Part shown: piece by piece, positions 8,478 through 17,671 of the stretch | How the letters are laid out: every line of letters starts with the position of its first letter | Position numbering within the stretch: position 1 is the first letter of the stretch | IMG/VR virus record: IMGVR_UViG_3300034149_000053 | Span: 1 to 35,261 of that record | DNA from: a virus | Lineage: Duplodnaviria > Caudoviricetes | Length of the DNA stretch: 35,261 nt | Direction: 5' to 3' (one strand) | Program-made: the position numbers and the translations under genes | The notes under the pieces: generated by a model | What the model saw: the letters and a program-made list of their open reading frames with translations, nothing else | The model's database searches: none | What the model was told of the DNA's origin: nothing

Positions 8478-9699
8478 AGGTTCTCCTTAACACGGTATGA
8501 TACTCCATCTTCTTCACTCCTGCGGCGGGTAACCCGAAGGTCTTTGTCCACTGCTTCGACAGGAGATAGATCTCCGACATGGGAAGATCAATGACCGCAA
8601 CTTCCATCTCTTTGTCGTTATCGAGATTGCCATCTTCGGCATCGCGGCCAATCGCTGCGGCCCATGTATGATGTCCGTCCACCACATAGCCATCTCGGGA
8701 CACCGTAATCTTCGATACCTTGGGGTTAAACTCCGGGTTCAACATCATGCCCGCAACTTTGGCCCCTTCCATCTCGGCTTGACTGGCCTTCAGCTTCCGA
8801 GCGAGCATCTTGCCATTGGGATCGGTCTTGACTCCACTCGCTTCTAAGTGATCCAGAAACGCTTGGGTCGCATCCACTTCCCCATGCTTCCGTGGGAGTT
8901 TGTCCGCTTCACTCCCCGGGACGGGGTTCTTGGACTTGAACTGCGGCATCTCAATACGAGGAATGCCGTGAGGAAATTCTTTGGTCTTGATTTTCTCCGA
9001 ACAGAACAAGCTCACACCCTTCACGGTAATGGTGCAGGGATCGAAATTGGCCGCTTCTGACTTGTTCTTCTTCGCTTCTATCGCCATCTCCCCGAGCTTC
9101 TTGAGGAGGGTATGCACATGCTTGGTGTCTTGAATCTCAACGTTCTCACCCTTCAACACCAGAGCCACGGCTTCTTCGGCGTTATGGACCTTGTGGACAG
9201 GCTTCTTCGCTTGTCGGGCTAGCTCAATCTGCATCTGCTTCTGGGAGGGAGACAAGCTCGTAGAAAGGGCCACTCCTTTTCCACTCCGCTTCTTACGGGC
9301 GGCATCCATCGCTAAGTCACGTTCTTTACCACTGAGCGCCTTGCCACTCCCACTCCCGCCACTCCCACAATTCGACGCAAAATGTCCCGTATGGCCTGAA
9401 CCCGTATCATGGCACTTGTTGTATTTGAGAACCGCCGCAAAATCGATCTTCTGTTCTTTCTCTTGGCGTTCCTTGCGTCTCTTGAAACGGCGGGTGTCTC
9501 GTGAGGAGTGAGGGCCGGGGGTCTGATGTTCCTTGTTGATGGACTCGTTGTAGCCGATGCTGAAGGTACACACGGCATACGGATCGTAACCCCCACCCTT
9601 CGCCTTGACGTGCTGAATACAGCGGTGCCATTTATCCGAATGGATATGGCCTTCGCCTTTCGCCGCCGTCAGACTCGTGAGTCCTGTAGTGAGGGGCAT
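8464..9699 (-). CDS. Head-region protein with a ParB/Sulfiredoxin-like domain
   Basis: LKASQAEM...ITVSRDGYVVDGHHTWAA; N-terminal KWHRC...PYAVC element; KYNKCHD..GHF variant of the recurring peptide. Confidence 0.7.
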   Translation of the reverse strand: MPLTTGLTSLTAAKGEGHIHSDKWHRCIQHVKAKGGGYDPYAVCTFSIGYNESINKEHQTPGPHSSRDTRRFKRRKERQEKEQKIDFAAVLKYNKCHDTGSGHTGHFASNCGSGGSGSGKALSGKERDLAMDAARKKRSGKGVALSTSLSPSQKQMQIELARQAKKPVHKVHNAEEAVALVLKGENVEIQDTKHVHTLLKKLGEMAIEAKKNKSEAANFDPCTITVKGVSLFCSEKIKTKEFPHGIPRIEMPQFKSKNPVPGSEADKLPRKHGEVDATQAFLDHLEASGVKTDPNGKMLARKLKASQAEMEGAKVAGMMLNPEFNPKVSKITVSRDGYVVDGHHTWAAAIGRDAEDGNLDNDKEMEVAVIDLPMSEIYLLSKQWTKTFGLPAAGVKKMEYHTVLRRTYAAA

Positions 9700-9703
9700 G
9701 AGC

Positions 9704-10150
9704 TTAGGATCGTTTGCCGAGAGCTTTGAATTCTGTCCTTCGTTGCTGTTTGACGAACTGTCTGGCCGCTTCAGCCCGTTGCTTCAACGGTACCTTGCTA
9801 ATAGCTCGATTCAACGGAGTTTTTGCAGACGACTGAAACACGGCTTGAGCCGATGCCCGTCGTCCCGCGTTACTCAGACTAATCGCCGCAGGATTCACCG
9901 CTGGTTTGTAAGGAGAACTGGGGCCACGTCTGGGTTTGAGGGGATGCCCGAACGCATCCTCAGTCGGTGATCCTTCGGTGCCACCTCGGCGCATGTTCAT
10001 GCCGCCAGAGCCAGCCGAGAAGCGACCGGTTTGAGGATCGTGGTGAGGGTTGTACTTCAGAACGTGGTCATAGACCGGAGGGGAGGGAGATTCTTCGTCA
10101 GGATGGCGAAGATTGTAGCGTGACACCAGTCCTGTAAAATGCAACGGCAT
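9704..10150 (-). CDS. Hypothetical basic protein carrying the recurring peptide
   Basis: 148 aa, contains KYNPHHDPQTGRF; GAGGGAG RBS. Confidence 0.65.
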   Translation of the reverse strand: MPLHFTGLVSRYNLRHPDEESPSPPVYDHVLKYNPHHDPQTGRFSAGSGGMNMRRGGTEGSPTEDAFGHPLKPRRGPSSPYKPAVNPAAISLSNAGRRASAQAVFQSSAKTPLNRAISKVPLKQRAEAARQFVKQQRRTEFKALGKRS

Positions 10151-10224
10151 ACCGACTCCCTCACTCGTGCAATTGATTGCACAGAAGATGCAGGTATTTT
10201 ACAGGACTATACAGAATGCAACAA

Positions 10225-10398
10225 CTATTTTCTGGGGGGTGCAAGAAGTTGCTGGGCGCGATCCGGATCCACGTTGTGCTCGGTCACCAGATGTTGATAG
10301 GCTATCGCATTCAGCACCGTGGGATTCGCGGTCAGTGCCGCAATCGGTGGGATATCCTGACGATGAGTGTGGACAAAGGGCTTGGGAATAATCTTCAT
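10225..10398 (-). CDS. Small hypothetical protein (57 aa)
   Basis: Hand-translated MKIIPKPFVHTHRQDIPP...LLAPPEK; ATGA overlap with the stop of the 1700-aa gene. Confidence 0.5.
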   Translation of the reverse strand: MKIIPKPFVHTHRQDIPPIAALTANPTVLNAIAYQHLVTEHNVDPDRAQQLLAPPRK

Positions 10399-13300
10399 GA
10401 CAGATACGCTTTCGCTTGCGCCACCATCATCTCATCCAATAGGTCCAGTGCCCATGTGCCTGTCGTTTCTCCAAACAGCCATTCACCGATGGTCTTCCCC
10501 TTGTATCTGAAGGGTAATTCCACCAGAGCCGAAAGCGCCCCCACCGACTTGTCTTGAAGAAGATGGATGATCAATAGACGATCTTCCGGAGCAAAAGACG
10601 CCATGACGTCAATCAACGAACCTTCGATTTCCGTCAAGGCAAACTTCCGGAGGCCATCCCATTCCAGTTCATCGGGGAGGAATCCCAACCGGGCATAGTA
10701 GGGAGCATTGCCTGCCACCCCTACCGCAATGGACGTCGCTGAGGACTTAATGCCCATCTCGATCAGGGACGAGAACAGGTTCTTCATGAACGCAAGCTCG
10801 GCCTTCGGTGTCCCTGCAATCAATTGCGCCTGTGACAGGTAGTAGATGCCCGTAAAAGGGTCCAGAATGGCTCCCAGCTTGAATTCCACCCCCCGGGGGT
10901 CCGCGCCACGGACATTGAAGCCAATCGTCCCTGCGTCAAACGTGATGGGATTGGAGCCCACCCCCTTCCCCTTGGTCATGACTTCGCGAGGAGGCATGTT
11001 GGAGAGTTTGGACAGCAACTCCACAGGGGTCATGCCGATATGGGCATTCCACAGATCGACTTGTTCCTGTGTCGCCTCAACACCCAGTTCCTTCAGGTCC
11101 GCTTGAGTCACCGGCTGAAAGGCTTCCGTGCCCGCTGGGATCGTAGGCACCGTCTCCTTGACTTCGCCAATGCTCGTCTGGATGGCTCGACAGATCGTCC
11201 GACAGTGAGGATGGTAGGGTGGAATGTGCAGGCCCCTCTCCGTCAACTCGGCTGGGGTCATCGCCGCAAATTCGGCCAGTGCTTGCTTGGTTTGTTTCGG
11301 CCACGGTTGCACCACCCGTAAGTCTTCAGGATTCTGGACGTTCAACACTTCGATGACCTTCCGGCGAGCATCCGGCACGCTAAAGATCTTCCCGTCCACC
11401 AACCGACAAAACTTGCTGGTCCGTCCATCAAGGACCGCTGTGAGCTTGTAGCGGGCCATGCCTAACACTTCGGCCTCAGCGGTAAACCCCCATGTGGCCA
11501 GCCGACTGGAATTCAGACTGGCAATCATGCGTAGCTGCTCATCCCCTTGCTTGTCGAAGGACACGAAGGGAGTAACATAGCGCCCTGTCGGATCAGCTTT
11601 CTTCACCCGTTGAAAAGCATGTTTGCTAAAAGCGTATAACAATCCTTCATTTGGCTCGTGAAATTCTTTCGATACAATAATTTCACGATCCTGTGCCGTA
11701 ATATCTACCGCTTCCACAACGATAGAATCCTGATACTCAATCCAATCATCCGCAAGCATTTGTGCCTGTGTTTGAGTCAGCGGTTTACCAATTTCTATAC
11801 CAACGTGTGGCACCACCCGCGCTACACCCAAACTTAACAAGCCAGTCATCGTAAATCCAGCACGCCCAATAGCTCTCTCATGAGGCTGATATTCTCCGGC
11901 TTCACTCACGGCTCGCAAACGAGTCCCATCAGGCAATAAAAACGATGTTTCTCGTGGATTAGTTGTTGTTGGAAGAATTTTTTTCAACTGCGCCAAACGA
12001 TTCGCCGCAAATTGACCTTCTTCATTTCGTGGATGTTTAGCCTCATCCCATTTCTTCGCTTCTTTCACCAGTTGCCGATGCAGGGCACGTACTAACGCTT
12101 GTCCAGCGGGCGTCATCTGACCTATCTGGGTGCCCTTCGCCAGCTTCCCGCTCTTTTCAAGATAGGTCTTGAATAAGGTGAGTCCAATTCCGTGGCGTTG
12201 ATACGCCCGAGCGAGATACACTCCGGAGGCCCCAAATTCATCATCCGCATACCCAATTGCCTTGTCCCCCACAAATGCACCTACGGTATAACTCACCGTA
12301 GGTAAGCCTTGGGCTTGCACCTCCTCCGGAGTCAAGGGCACCAGATTCCCGTGGGCATCACGGACCCACTCTTCACCACTATTCAACCAACGCTGTGCAA
12401 AGACATTCAGGGCCTCGTAGGCTTCCGAGTCCCGGCCCAAATCAATCCCGGCCATCATCGGAGAGGTGCCGAGTCTCTTGGCTTCCTGTTCATACTCTTC
12501 GTAGAGACGTTCTCGTTCTGCGTCCGAAGCGGCTACTGTTCGCTTGTTGTAAACTCTCGGTTCAGCTTGCAATCGGATCTCGACCGTCTGACCATTCACC
12601 TCACGAGTCTCAAGCAGTGTCTGGAAATCTTCACGGTGAATGAAGTCCAGTTCCCCAGCTTCATACCGCTCGTAGGCGTTCGATTCGATGTACCCGGTGT
12701 TGTGATACTTCAGGAATTCGTCTTCAGACACCGTATGGGCTTGTCCCCGTTGAATAGCGGCTTTCGCAAACTGTCCGTCGTCATCCCGGGGGTGTTGGCT
12801 TTCGTCCCATTTTTGTGCAGTTAATTGCACGGGCACATAGACCACTCGCACGTCACTCTTGGCCGTCTTGCTCTCGTAGACGGTGCTCCACCCCTTCCCG
12901 TCGAAGTGTTCAATCTTCTTGATCGCTCCTTCTTTTCCTACGGTTGCAATGGACTTAATCCACTCCACAGGAATATCTTGTTCAAATCGGTACGACCCCT
13001 CATCATCTTCTTCGTCTTCCAGCGCATACTTGTCCCAATGCTCAACTGGAATCTCGACTTTGACAATGGCATAGCTGCCTTCGTAGAATCCCCGACTTGG
13101 CCCAACCGTAATTTTCTCAGCCCCGTGATACAGGCCGTAGTAGTGGGCACGACGTTCACTGGTCGTGACAAAGATAGACTTCGGGCGGTCCCCACGCACA
13201 TCCACATTTTTTGAAGCTAGTAACCCGTGCGCTTTGATGCTTTCAATCGTGGTCGTAGTGGTGCCGTGGAACGATTCACTGAACTGACCCTGTTCATCTC

Positions 13301-15497
13301 GGGGATGCTTGCTTGCGTCCCACTTCTGCCCCATCGCCTTCCGCACGATGCCATACTTCTTGTCGTAGGCATGCATATAGGCAAGAGCTTCTTCCGTTCC
13401 AATCATCAACCGGTAGATCGGCACCGTCGCTTCGGGGACGTCCACGGCAAATGCCGCCATCGTCCCCCAGTGGTGATGCCCGTCCAGCACACGGTCTTCA
13501 TCGGACACAAGAAGCGGTGGAAACCCTCGGTCATCCTCTCCCCGATCAAACCGATCCAGCATCTCCCCCACTTGCTTCGCGGACACTTCTTTCTGGGTGG
13601 GCTTCAGCGTGAGAGGGTCCACCGACTCTTCCACAATCTTGACGCCTGCCTCCTCCATCTCTTGGAGGAACTGGGCTCGATGCTTCCGGGGAATCTGTGG
13701 CATTTCATCCCGGGCAATGCCAAGTCCTTCACCACCGAAGATCCGCATCCCCTCCACATGCACATGCGTGAGGTTCGGGGGATCCAGACCTTCCGGCACC
13801 TTCCGTGCTTCATCTAGGAAAGCACGGACATCCTCACGGGCGATGTTGACCTTCTCCCCATTGAGCACCGATTTGACGGCATCACTCGGAGCAAAGAGAG
13901 TGGTCGCAAACTCACCACCGTGAGACGTGCCAGACGGTTGCCGCCGACGCTTCCCCTCATCCCACTGTTTCTTCTGAGCCATCCCGAAGGGAATGGTTTC
14001 TTTCACCCCAGATTGATGACTGATGGTGATGCCTTGCACCACAAACGATCCATGCAGAAACAGGTCGTGATACTTCTCTGCGGCCTCCGGTTTACAGTAC
14101 GCCAGTGTGCAGTGTGGTTTGTAAACCGGGAAGGACTTCTCCTTGAAGTCGGCGTGCTTGCCGATCTCCGCTTCGATAGCTCTCAGGTCTGGACTAATAA
14201 TCTGCGCGACCACGGGCACGGCTCCGTCACTGTGCTCGCTAACGGGGAACAGTTCCACAGGCCCAATGTAGGCTTCGAACGATGTCTGAGCCGCAAGGAA
14301 CGACCGGAGAGCATCGAGATCGTCATTCAACAGGCCATACCGCACAGTAATATGGTTGGGGTCCACGTCCTTGCCTGCGGCCATCAAATCATTGTCTGCG
14401 ATCTCAGCCCGGGCGGCATTGAGGGTAGCAGCGGCAGAACTATGTGGTGAAATCGCAATCTGGGTATTGCCGTACTCGTGCTCTTGTTTCTGGGCCACCA
14501 TTTTCGCCCGAGAGCGAATACGGGCATTCACCTGTACAATCACTTCGCCTTCGTCTACACCCGTCACTAACCCGGTCGGTTTCAAGGCGAGGGCTTTATC
14601 TTCTTCATACAACACAATCTTGAAGACATTTTCCCCGAACAGGGACACGTACTCCGGATTCGTAGAAAACGACGCTGGACCATCTCCCACTGTGTCCCGA
14701 TTGGTGCCCCGATAGAGCACCGTTCCCGTAGGGGGCCGAAGATGTGCTAAGGCTCCACCCGGGCCTGTTTGATCCAAGATGGGACGCATAGCTTCCCGGT
14801 GTTCCGGTTGCATATTGGAATGATGATGTTGCCATGTTTGCAGCGTGACCTGCTCATCGGCGGTTAGCCCTCTTCCTCCTCCTGTGAACTGTCCCTCGGC
14901 ATCTCGGGGGTGCTGAGACTCATCCCATGCGTGCTTGACCGTAGACAGATAGCCATGTCTCTTGGCATGTGCAATAGACTCTTCGTCCATCGAGACAGGA
15001 ATATTGGCAACTCCGTGGTCACGAAGCCACGCATACCGATGCCGTCCGTTGGTAAAGCCGACTTTGCCGTTCGCATTGATCGTGACTTCGGAAGACTCAA
15101 TCGAATCGTGCTCCGCGATGAAGTCTCCGAAGCGGGTATACCGATCATGGATGGCGTTCGGGCCTCCACCCTCACTGAGATAGAACCCTGTCTCTCGTTG
15201 GAAGGCGGTATCAAACGCGGCGGTATCAATCGATACCAGCTTCTCTCCGGACAGGGCGGCTCGTCTGGGCTTAACCACCTCAATGTCACGACCGTTGACC
15301 GTGACAGAGGCTTTCTCGGTGAATTTGCCCCCCTTTCCACGGGGGTGCTTCGTCCAATCCCACTTGGCAATTGATTGCACAGATGAGCGGAGGATAGCTC
15401 CGTACACGGTCAGTCCTTGACCAACTTGATCCACATATAGCCACGGAATTCCAGCTTCAACGTCCGGAAGAACGTCGCGGGTGTCGAGTGTCGCCAC
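10395..15497 (-). CDS. MuF-family (SPP1 gp7-like) minor head protein fused to multiple effector domains
   Basis: MuF signature TAVLDGRTSKFCRLVDG...PPYHPHCRT (~11190-11450). Upstream of it: ParB-like (NGRHR), R-S-E ART (LYRG/SFST/EGE), 2H phosphoesterase (HITV/HCTL), ParB/Srx (LDGHHHW), HGT-type ART-like, GNAT (VYLARAYQRHGIG). Exact start uncertain. Confidence 0.85.
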   Translation of the reverse strand: MATLDTRDVLPDVEAGIPWLYVDQVGQGLTVYGAILRSSVQSIAKWDWTKHPRGKGGKFTEKASVTVNGRDIEVVKPRRAALSGEKLVSIDTAAFDTAFQRETGFYLSEGGGPNAIHDRYTRFGDFIAEHDSIESSEVTINANGKVGFTNGRHRYAWLRDHGVANIPVSMDEESIAHAKRHGYLSTVKHAWDESQHPRDAEGQFTGGGRGLTADEQVTLQTWQHHHSNMQPEHREAMRPILDQTGPGGALAHLRPPTGTVLYRGTNRDTVGDGPASFSTNPEYVSLFGENVFKIVLYEEDKALALKPTGLVTGVDEGEVIVQVNARIRSRAKMVAQKQEHEYGNTQIAISPHSSAAATLNAARAEIADNDLMAAGKDVDPNHITVRYGLLNDDLDALRSFLAAQTSFEAYIGPVELFPVSEHSDGAVPVVAQIISPDLRAIEAEIGKHADFKEKSFPVYKPHCTLAYCKPEAAEKYHDLFLHGSFVVQGITISHQSGVKETIPFGMAQKKQWDEGKRRRQPSGTSHGGEFATTLFAPSDAVKSVLNGEKVNIAREDVRAFLDEARKVPEGLDPPNLTHVHVEGMRIFGGEGLGIARDEMPQIPRKHRAQFLQEMEEAGVKIVEESVDPLTLKPTQKEVSAKQVGEMLDRFDRGEDDRGFPPLLVSDEDRVLDGHHHWGTMAAFAVDVPEATVPIYRLMIGTEEALAYMHAYDKKYGIVRKAMGQKWDASKHPRDEQGQFSESFHGTTTTTIESIKAHGLLASKNVDVRGDRPKSIFVTTSERRAHYYGLYHGAEKITVGPSRGFYEGSYAIVKVEIPVEHWDKYALEDEEDDEGSYRFEQDIPVEWIKSIATVGKEGAIKKIEHFDGKGWSTVYESKTAKSDVRVVYVPVQLTAQKWDESQHPRDDDGQFAKAAIQRGQAHTVSEDEFLKYHNTGYIESNAYERYEAGELDFIHREDFQTLLETREVNGQTVEIRLQAEPRVYNKRTVAASDAERERLYEEYEQEAKRLGTSPMMAGIDLGRDSEAYEALNVFAQRWLNSGEEWVRDAHGNLVPLTPEEVQAQGLPTVSYTVGAFVGDKAIGYADDEFGASGVYLARAYQRHGIGLTLFKTYLEKSGKLAKGTQIGQMTPAGQALVRALHRQLVKEAKKWDEAKHPRNEEGQFAANRLAQLKKILPTTTNPRETSFLLPDGTRLRAVSEAGEYQPHERAIGRAGFTMTGLLSLGVARVVPHVGIEIGKPLTQTQAQMLADDWIEYQDSIVVEAVDITAQDREIIVSKEFHEPNEGLLYAFSKHAFQRVKKADPTGRYVTPFVSFDKQGDEQLRMIASLNSSRLATWGFTAEAEVLGMARYKLTAVLDGRTSKFCRLVDGKIFSVPDARRKVIEVLNVQNPEDLRVVQPWPKQTKQALAEFAAMTPAELTERGLHIPPYHPHCRTICRAIQTSIGEVKETVPTIPAGTEAFQPVTQADLKELGVEATQEQVDLWNAHIGMTPVELLSKLSNMPPREVMTKGKGVGSNPITFDAGTIGFNVRGADPRGVEFKLGAILDPFTGIYYLSQAQLIAGTPKAELAFMKNLFSSLIEMGIKSSATSIAVGVAGNAPYYARLGFLPDELEWDGLRKFALTEIEGSLIDVMASFAPEDRLLIIHLLQDKSVGALSALVELPFRYKGKTIGEWLFGETTGTWALDLLDEMMVAQAKAYLS

Positions 15498-15631
15498 ATG
15501 AAGTCAATGTCCTTCTTGAGACGGGGAGACAGGGGCTCTCGTTCTTTCACGTCCACCTGTCCATTGACCACTCGGATCTCAGCCACCACTCGTTCCGTAT
15601 CAGGGATGGAATCCCACAATTCCGCATGCAT
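15410..15631 (-). CDS. Small hypothetical protein with its own promoter (candidate antidote)
   Basis: 73 aa, GAGGT RBS, immediately after the kinase gene and a consensus promoter; overlaps the annotated start of the 1700-aa ORF. Confidence 0.6.
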   Translation of the reverse strand: MHAELWDSIPDTERVVAEIRVVNGQVDVKEREPLSPRLKKDIDFMWRHSTPATFFRTLKLEFRGYMWIKLVKD

Positions 15632-15650
15632 AACACTTTACCTCGTCAAT

Positions 15651-15679
15651 AGTTTACCATGAAAGTGGCAATTTGTCAA
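15651..15679 (-). promoter_or_regulatory. Sigma70-type promoter
   Basis: TTGACA-17 bp-TAAACT with extended -10 (TGG). Confidence 0.7.
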
Positions 15680-17481
15680 TACATGAGACTCTGCTGAGCC
15701 CATAGAGTCCGTAATCCCTCAGACGTCTTCATGGCCTCTTTCAAGTTATTGATACGCCCTAAGAACGCCTCACGCTCGGAGCGATTCATCCCCGGGTGCC
15801 GATCCATCAGGGCCTTCCAGTCGGTCTTCTCCAAGGCTACACTGATGTTCGTGCGCTGCTCATCCGTGATTTTACCGTCACTTCGCCACTCTTGCACAAG
15901 CTCTGACCGGAAGGTAAACCCATCTGGCGTAGCTGACGCGGGCATGCTATAGCCGTTGTCAATCATGATCACGCGATCATGACCATCGAACAGGATGTTA
16001 TTGCCGTGACGATCCATCGTACCAAGGGCATAATCCAAGACAGCGGCTCTCGCCCCGTCTTCGTCACTGAGCCTGCCGTTTCTGTGGCCCGTCTTCCAGT
16101 GCTGAAGCGAACCGCCGTGGGGATGAGGAGCCTCGGGATTCCTCGGGCCACCTCCACCTCCACCTCCACCACTCTCATAGCCGTTGTCTTGCTTCCACGA
16201 GTCAAACGACTTCACCATGCTGTCCATGGCGCTTTGGATCAACTGGTTTTCGGTGTCTTGGTGTTCTTCCATCCAGTCGTCACGGTCGAGATGGTCTTTG
16301 GCCTTGTCCTCGTCTACCTCACCCAGTTCTTGATAGCCTTCTTTCAACTTCTCACGAATGATCTCGCGAACTTTGGCTCTTTCGTCTGACGTCAACTCCC
16401 CGTCAACATTGACCTCGGCTTCGTCCAACACCTCAATCGGATCAAGGACGCCTGCATTCACTTGTCGCTGGAAGGAGACTTGTGACCCCATCGGAAGCTT
16501 GGGGTGTTCCCGAAGCATCGAGTCCGATCCATAGGGACTGGTATCGGGGAAATTTTCGACTTCCTCATTCCAAATTTCCGCTAATTCCTCAGCCCGTTTT
16601 CCAATGTTATCGGCGTGGTCCTGCTGGTCTTCGTTCCACTTCTCTGCCATTTGCTCGCCAGCCCGTTCAAAGGCATCGTCTTGCACCTTTTCTCGGGCTT
16701 CGTCTTCGTATTCACCGTACATCGCCCGTAGTTCATCGTCATCCCAGATGACTTCATCATCATCGTCATCGGGACTGACCTGACCAATATCTACACCTTC
16801 GACGTTCTCACGGAGCACCGTTTCAGGGACCGGGTTATCCGCCCCGAACAGTTGGTCCCCGACCTGAAATGCGAAGGCTTCCCGGCCCGCCAGTGGGAAT
16901 TTCCTGTTGACGACGTAATCACTGATATCGCTGTTGGCGAAGCCTCCTCCACCACGTCTGCCCCAGTTCTCCCCGATTTCTGGTTTGTAGATGGCGACCG
17001 TGCCATCTTCCATCGTGACTTTGAACGTGGTGTTCGACGTGCCGCCAAACTTCTTGGCGTCACTGACACTGCCACTTTCCAATTCTTTTAACTCGGGAGT
17101 GGGATTCCGGACGTCGGCTGATGAAGGAGAAGAAACCCGTCTCTCTGCGGTCGCTAATGAGGCTTCGGCGCGAGGCATCCCGATAGCCCGGGGCTGATTT
17201 GCAAACCCTTCCCCATGCGGAGCATCCAAAATGTCCACATACCGGGCTTCTCCCATGTTACGTTCCATGCCCGGTGACTCAGATCGAATTCCCCAATTTC
17301 CAATATTGGTGCCACCTGCTCCTGCACTCACCCCCTTCACCCACCGGCCACCTGTGTGGGTACCCTTGGGGCCACGGGGTTGATTCCGGTTCCACTTGAG
17401 CACCACCTGAAACGGCGGTTGACGCTTCTTGAGAAGCGCCTTGACCTGTGCAATCAATTGCCGCGTGACCTTGATGCTCAT
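15676..17481 (-). CDS. PI3/PI4-kinase- or HipA-like kinase with a long acidic insertion
   Basis: GGTSNTTFKV...AIYKPE...REAFAFQV...VPETVLR...GSLQHW...LDYALGTMDRHGNNIL...IMIDNGY (DRHxxN catalytic loop, DNG). Confidence 0.8.
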   Translation of the reverse strand: MSIKVTRQLIAQVKALLKKRQPPFQVVLKWNRNQPRGPKGTHTGGRWVKGVSAGAGGTNIGNWGIRSESPGMERNMGEARYVDILDAPHGEGFANQPRAIGMPRAEASLATAERRVSSPSSADVRNPTPELKELESGSVSDAKKFGGTSNTTFKVTMEDGTVAIYKPEIGENWGRRGGGGFANSDISDYVVNRKFPLAGREAFAFQVGDQLFGADNPVPETVLRENVEGVDIGQVSPDDDDDEVIWDDDELRAMYGEYEDEAREKVQDDAFERAGEQMAEKWNEDQQDHADNIGKRAEELAEIWNEEVENFPDTSPYGSDSMLREHPKLPMGSQVSFQRQVNAGVLDPIEVLDEAEVNVDGELTSDERAKVREIIREKLKEGYQELGEVDEDKAKDHLDRDDWMEEHQDTENQLIQSAMDSMVKSFDSWKQDNGYESGGGGGGGGPRNPEAPHPHGGSLQHWKTGHRNGRLSDEDGARAAVLDYALGTMDRHGNNILFDGHDRVIMIDNGYSMPASATPDGFTFRSELVQEWRSDGKITDEQRTNISVALEKTDWKALMDRHPGMNRSEREAFLGRINNLKEAMKTSEGLRTLWAQQSLMY

Positions 17482-17494
17482 GATGGTCCTAATT

Positions 17495-17671
17495 TTACTT
17501 GGGTTTCTTCAGAAACACCACGGACGTCTCACCCTCTTCTTCGGGCAACGGATCGTCCGGTAAATCATCCGTCCACGACGTGTCCAAGGGCTTTCCTGAC
17601 GCCCGTTCCTGTGCGAGATGTTCTCGCAACGCCTTGCGGTGCTGTTCTTCAAGATCCGATGATTGAGTCAT
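17495..17671 (-). CDS. Small acidic hypothetical protein (58 aa)
   Basis: Hand-translated MTQSSDLEEQHRKALREHL...VFLKKPK; GGAG upstream; fills the gap between two genes. Confidence 0.5.
   Translation of the reverse strand: MTQSSDLEEQHRKALREHLAQERASGKPLDTSWTDDLPDDPLPEEEGETSVVFLKKPK

Noticed and set aside
10185-10225. Promoter upstream of the 148-aa gene
   Set aside because: TAAAAT and TATAGT hexamers are present but no convincing -35 at the proper spacing; left uncalled.
16148-16172. CCACCT microsatellite
   Set aside because: Encodes a poly-Gly linker in the kinase.
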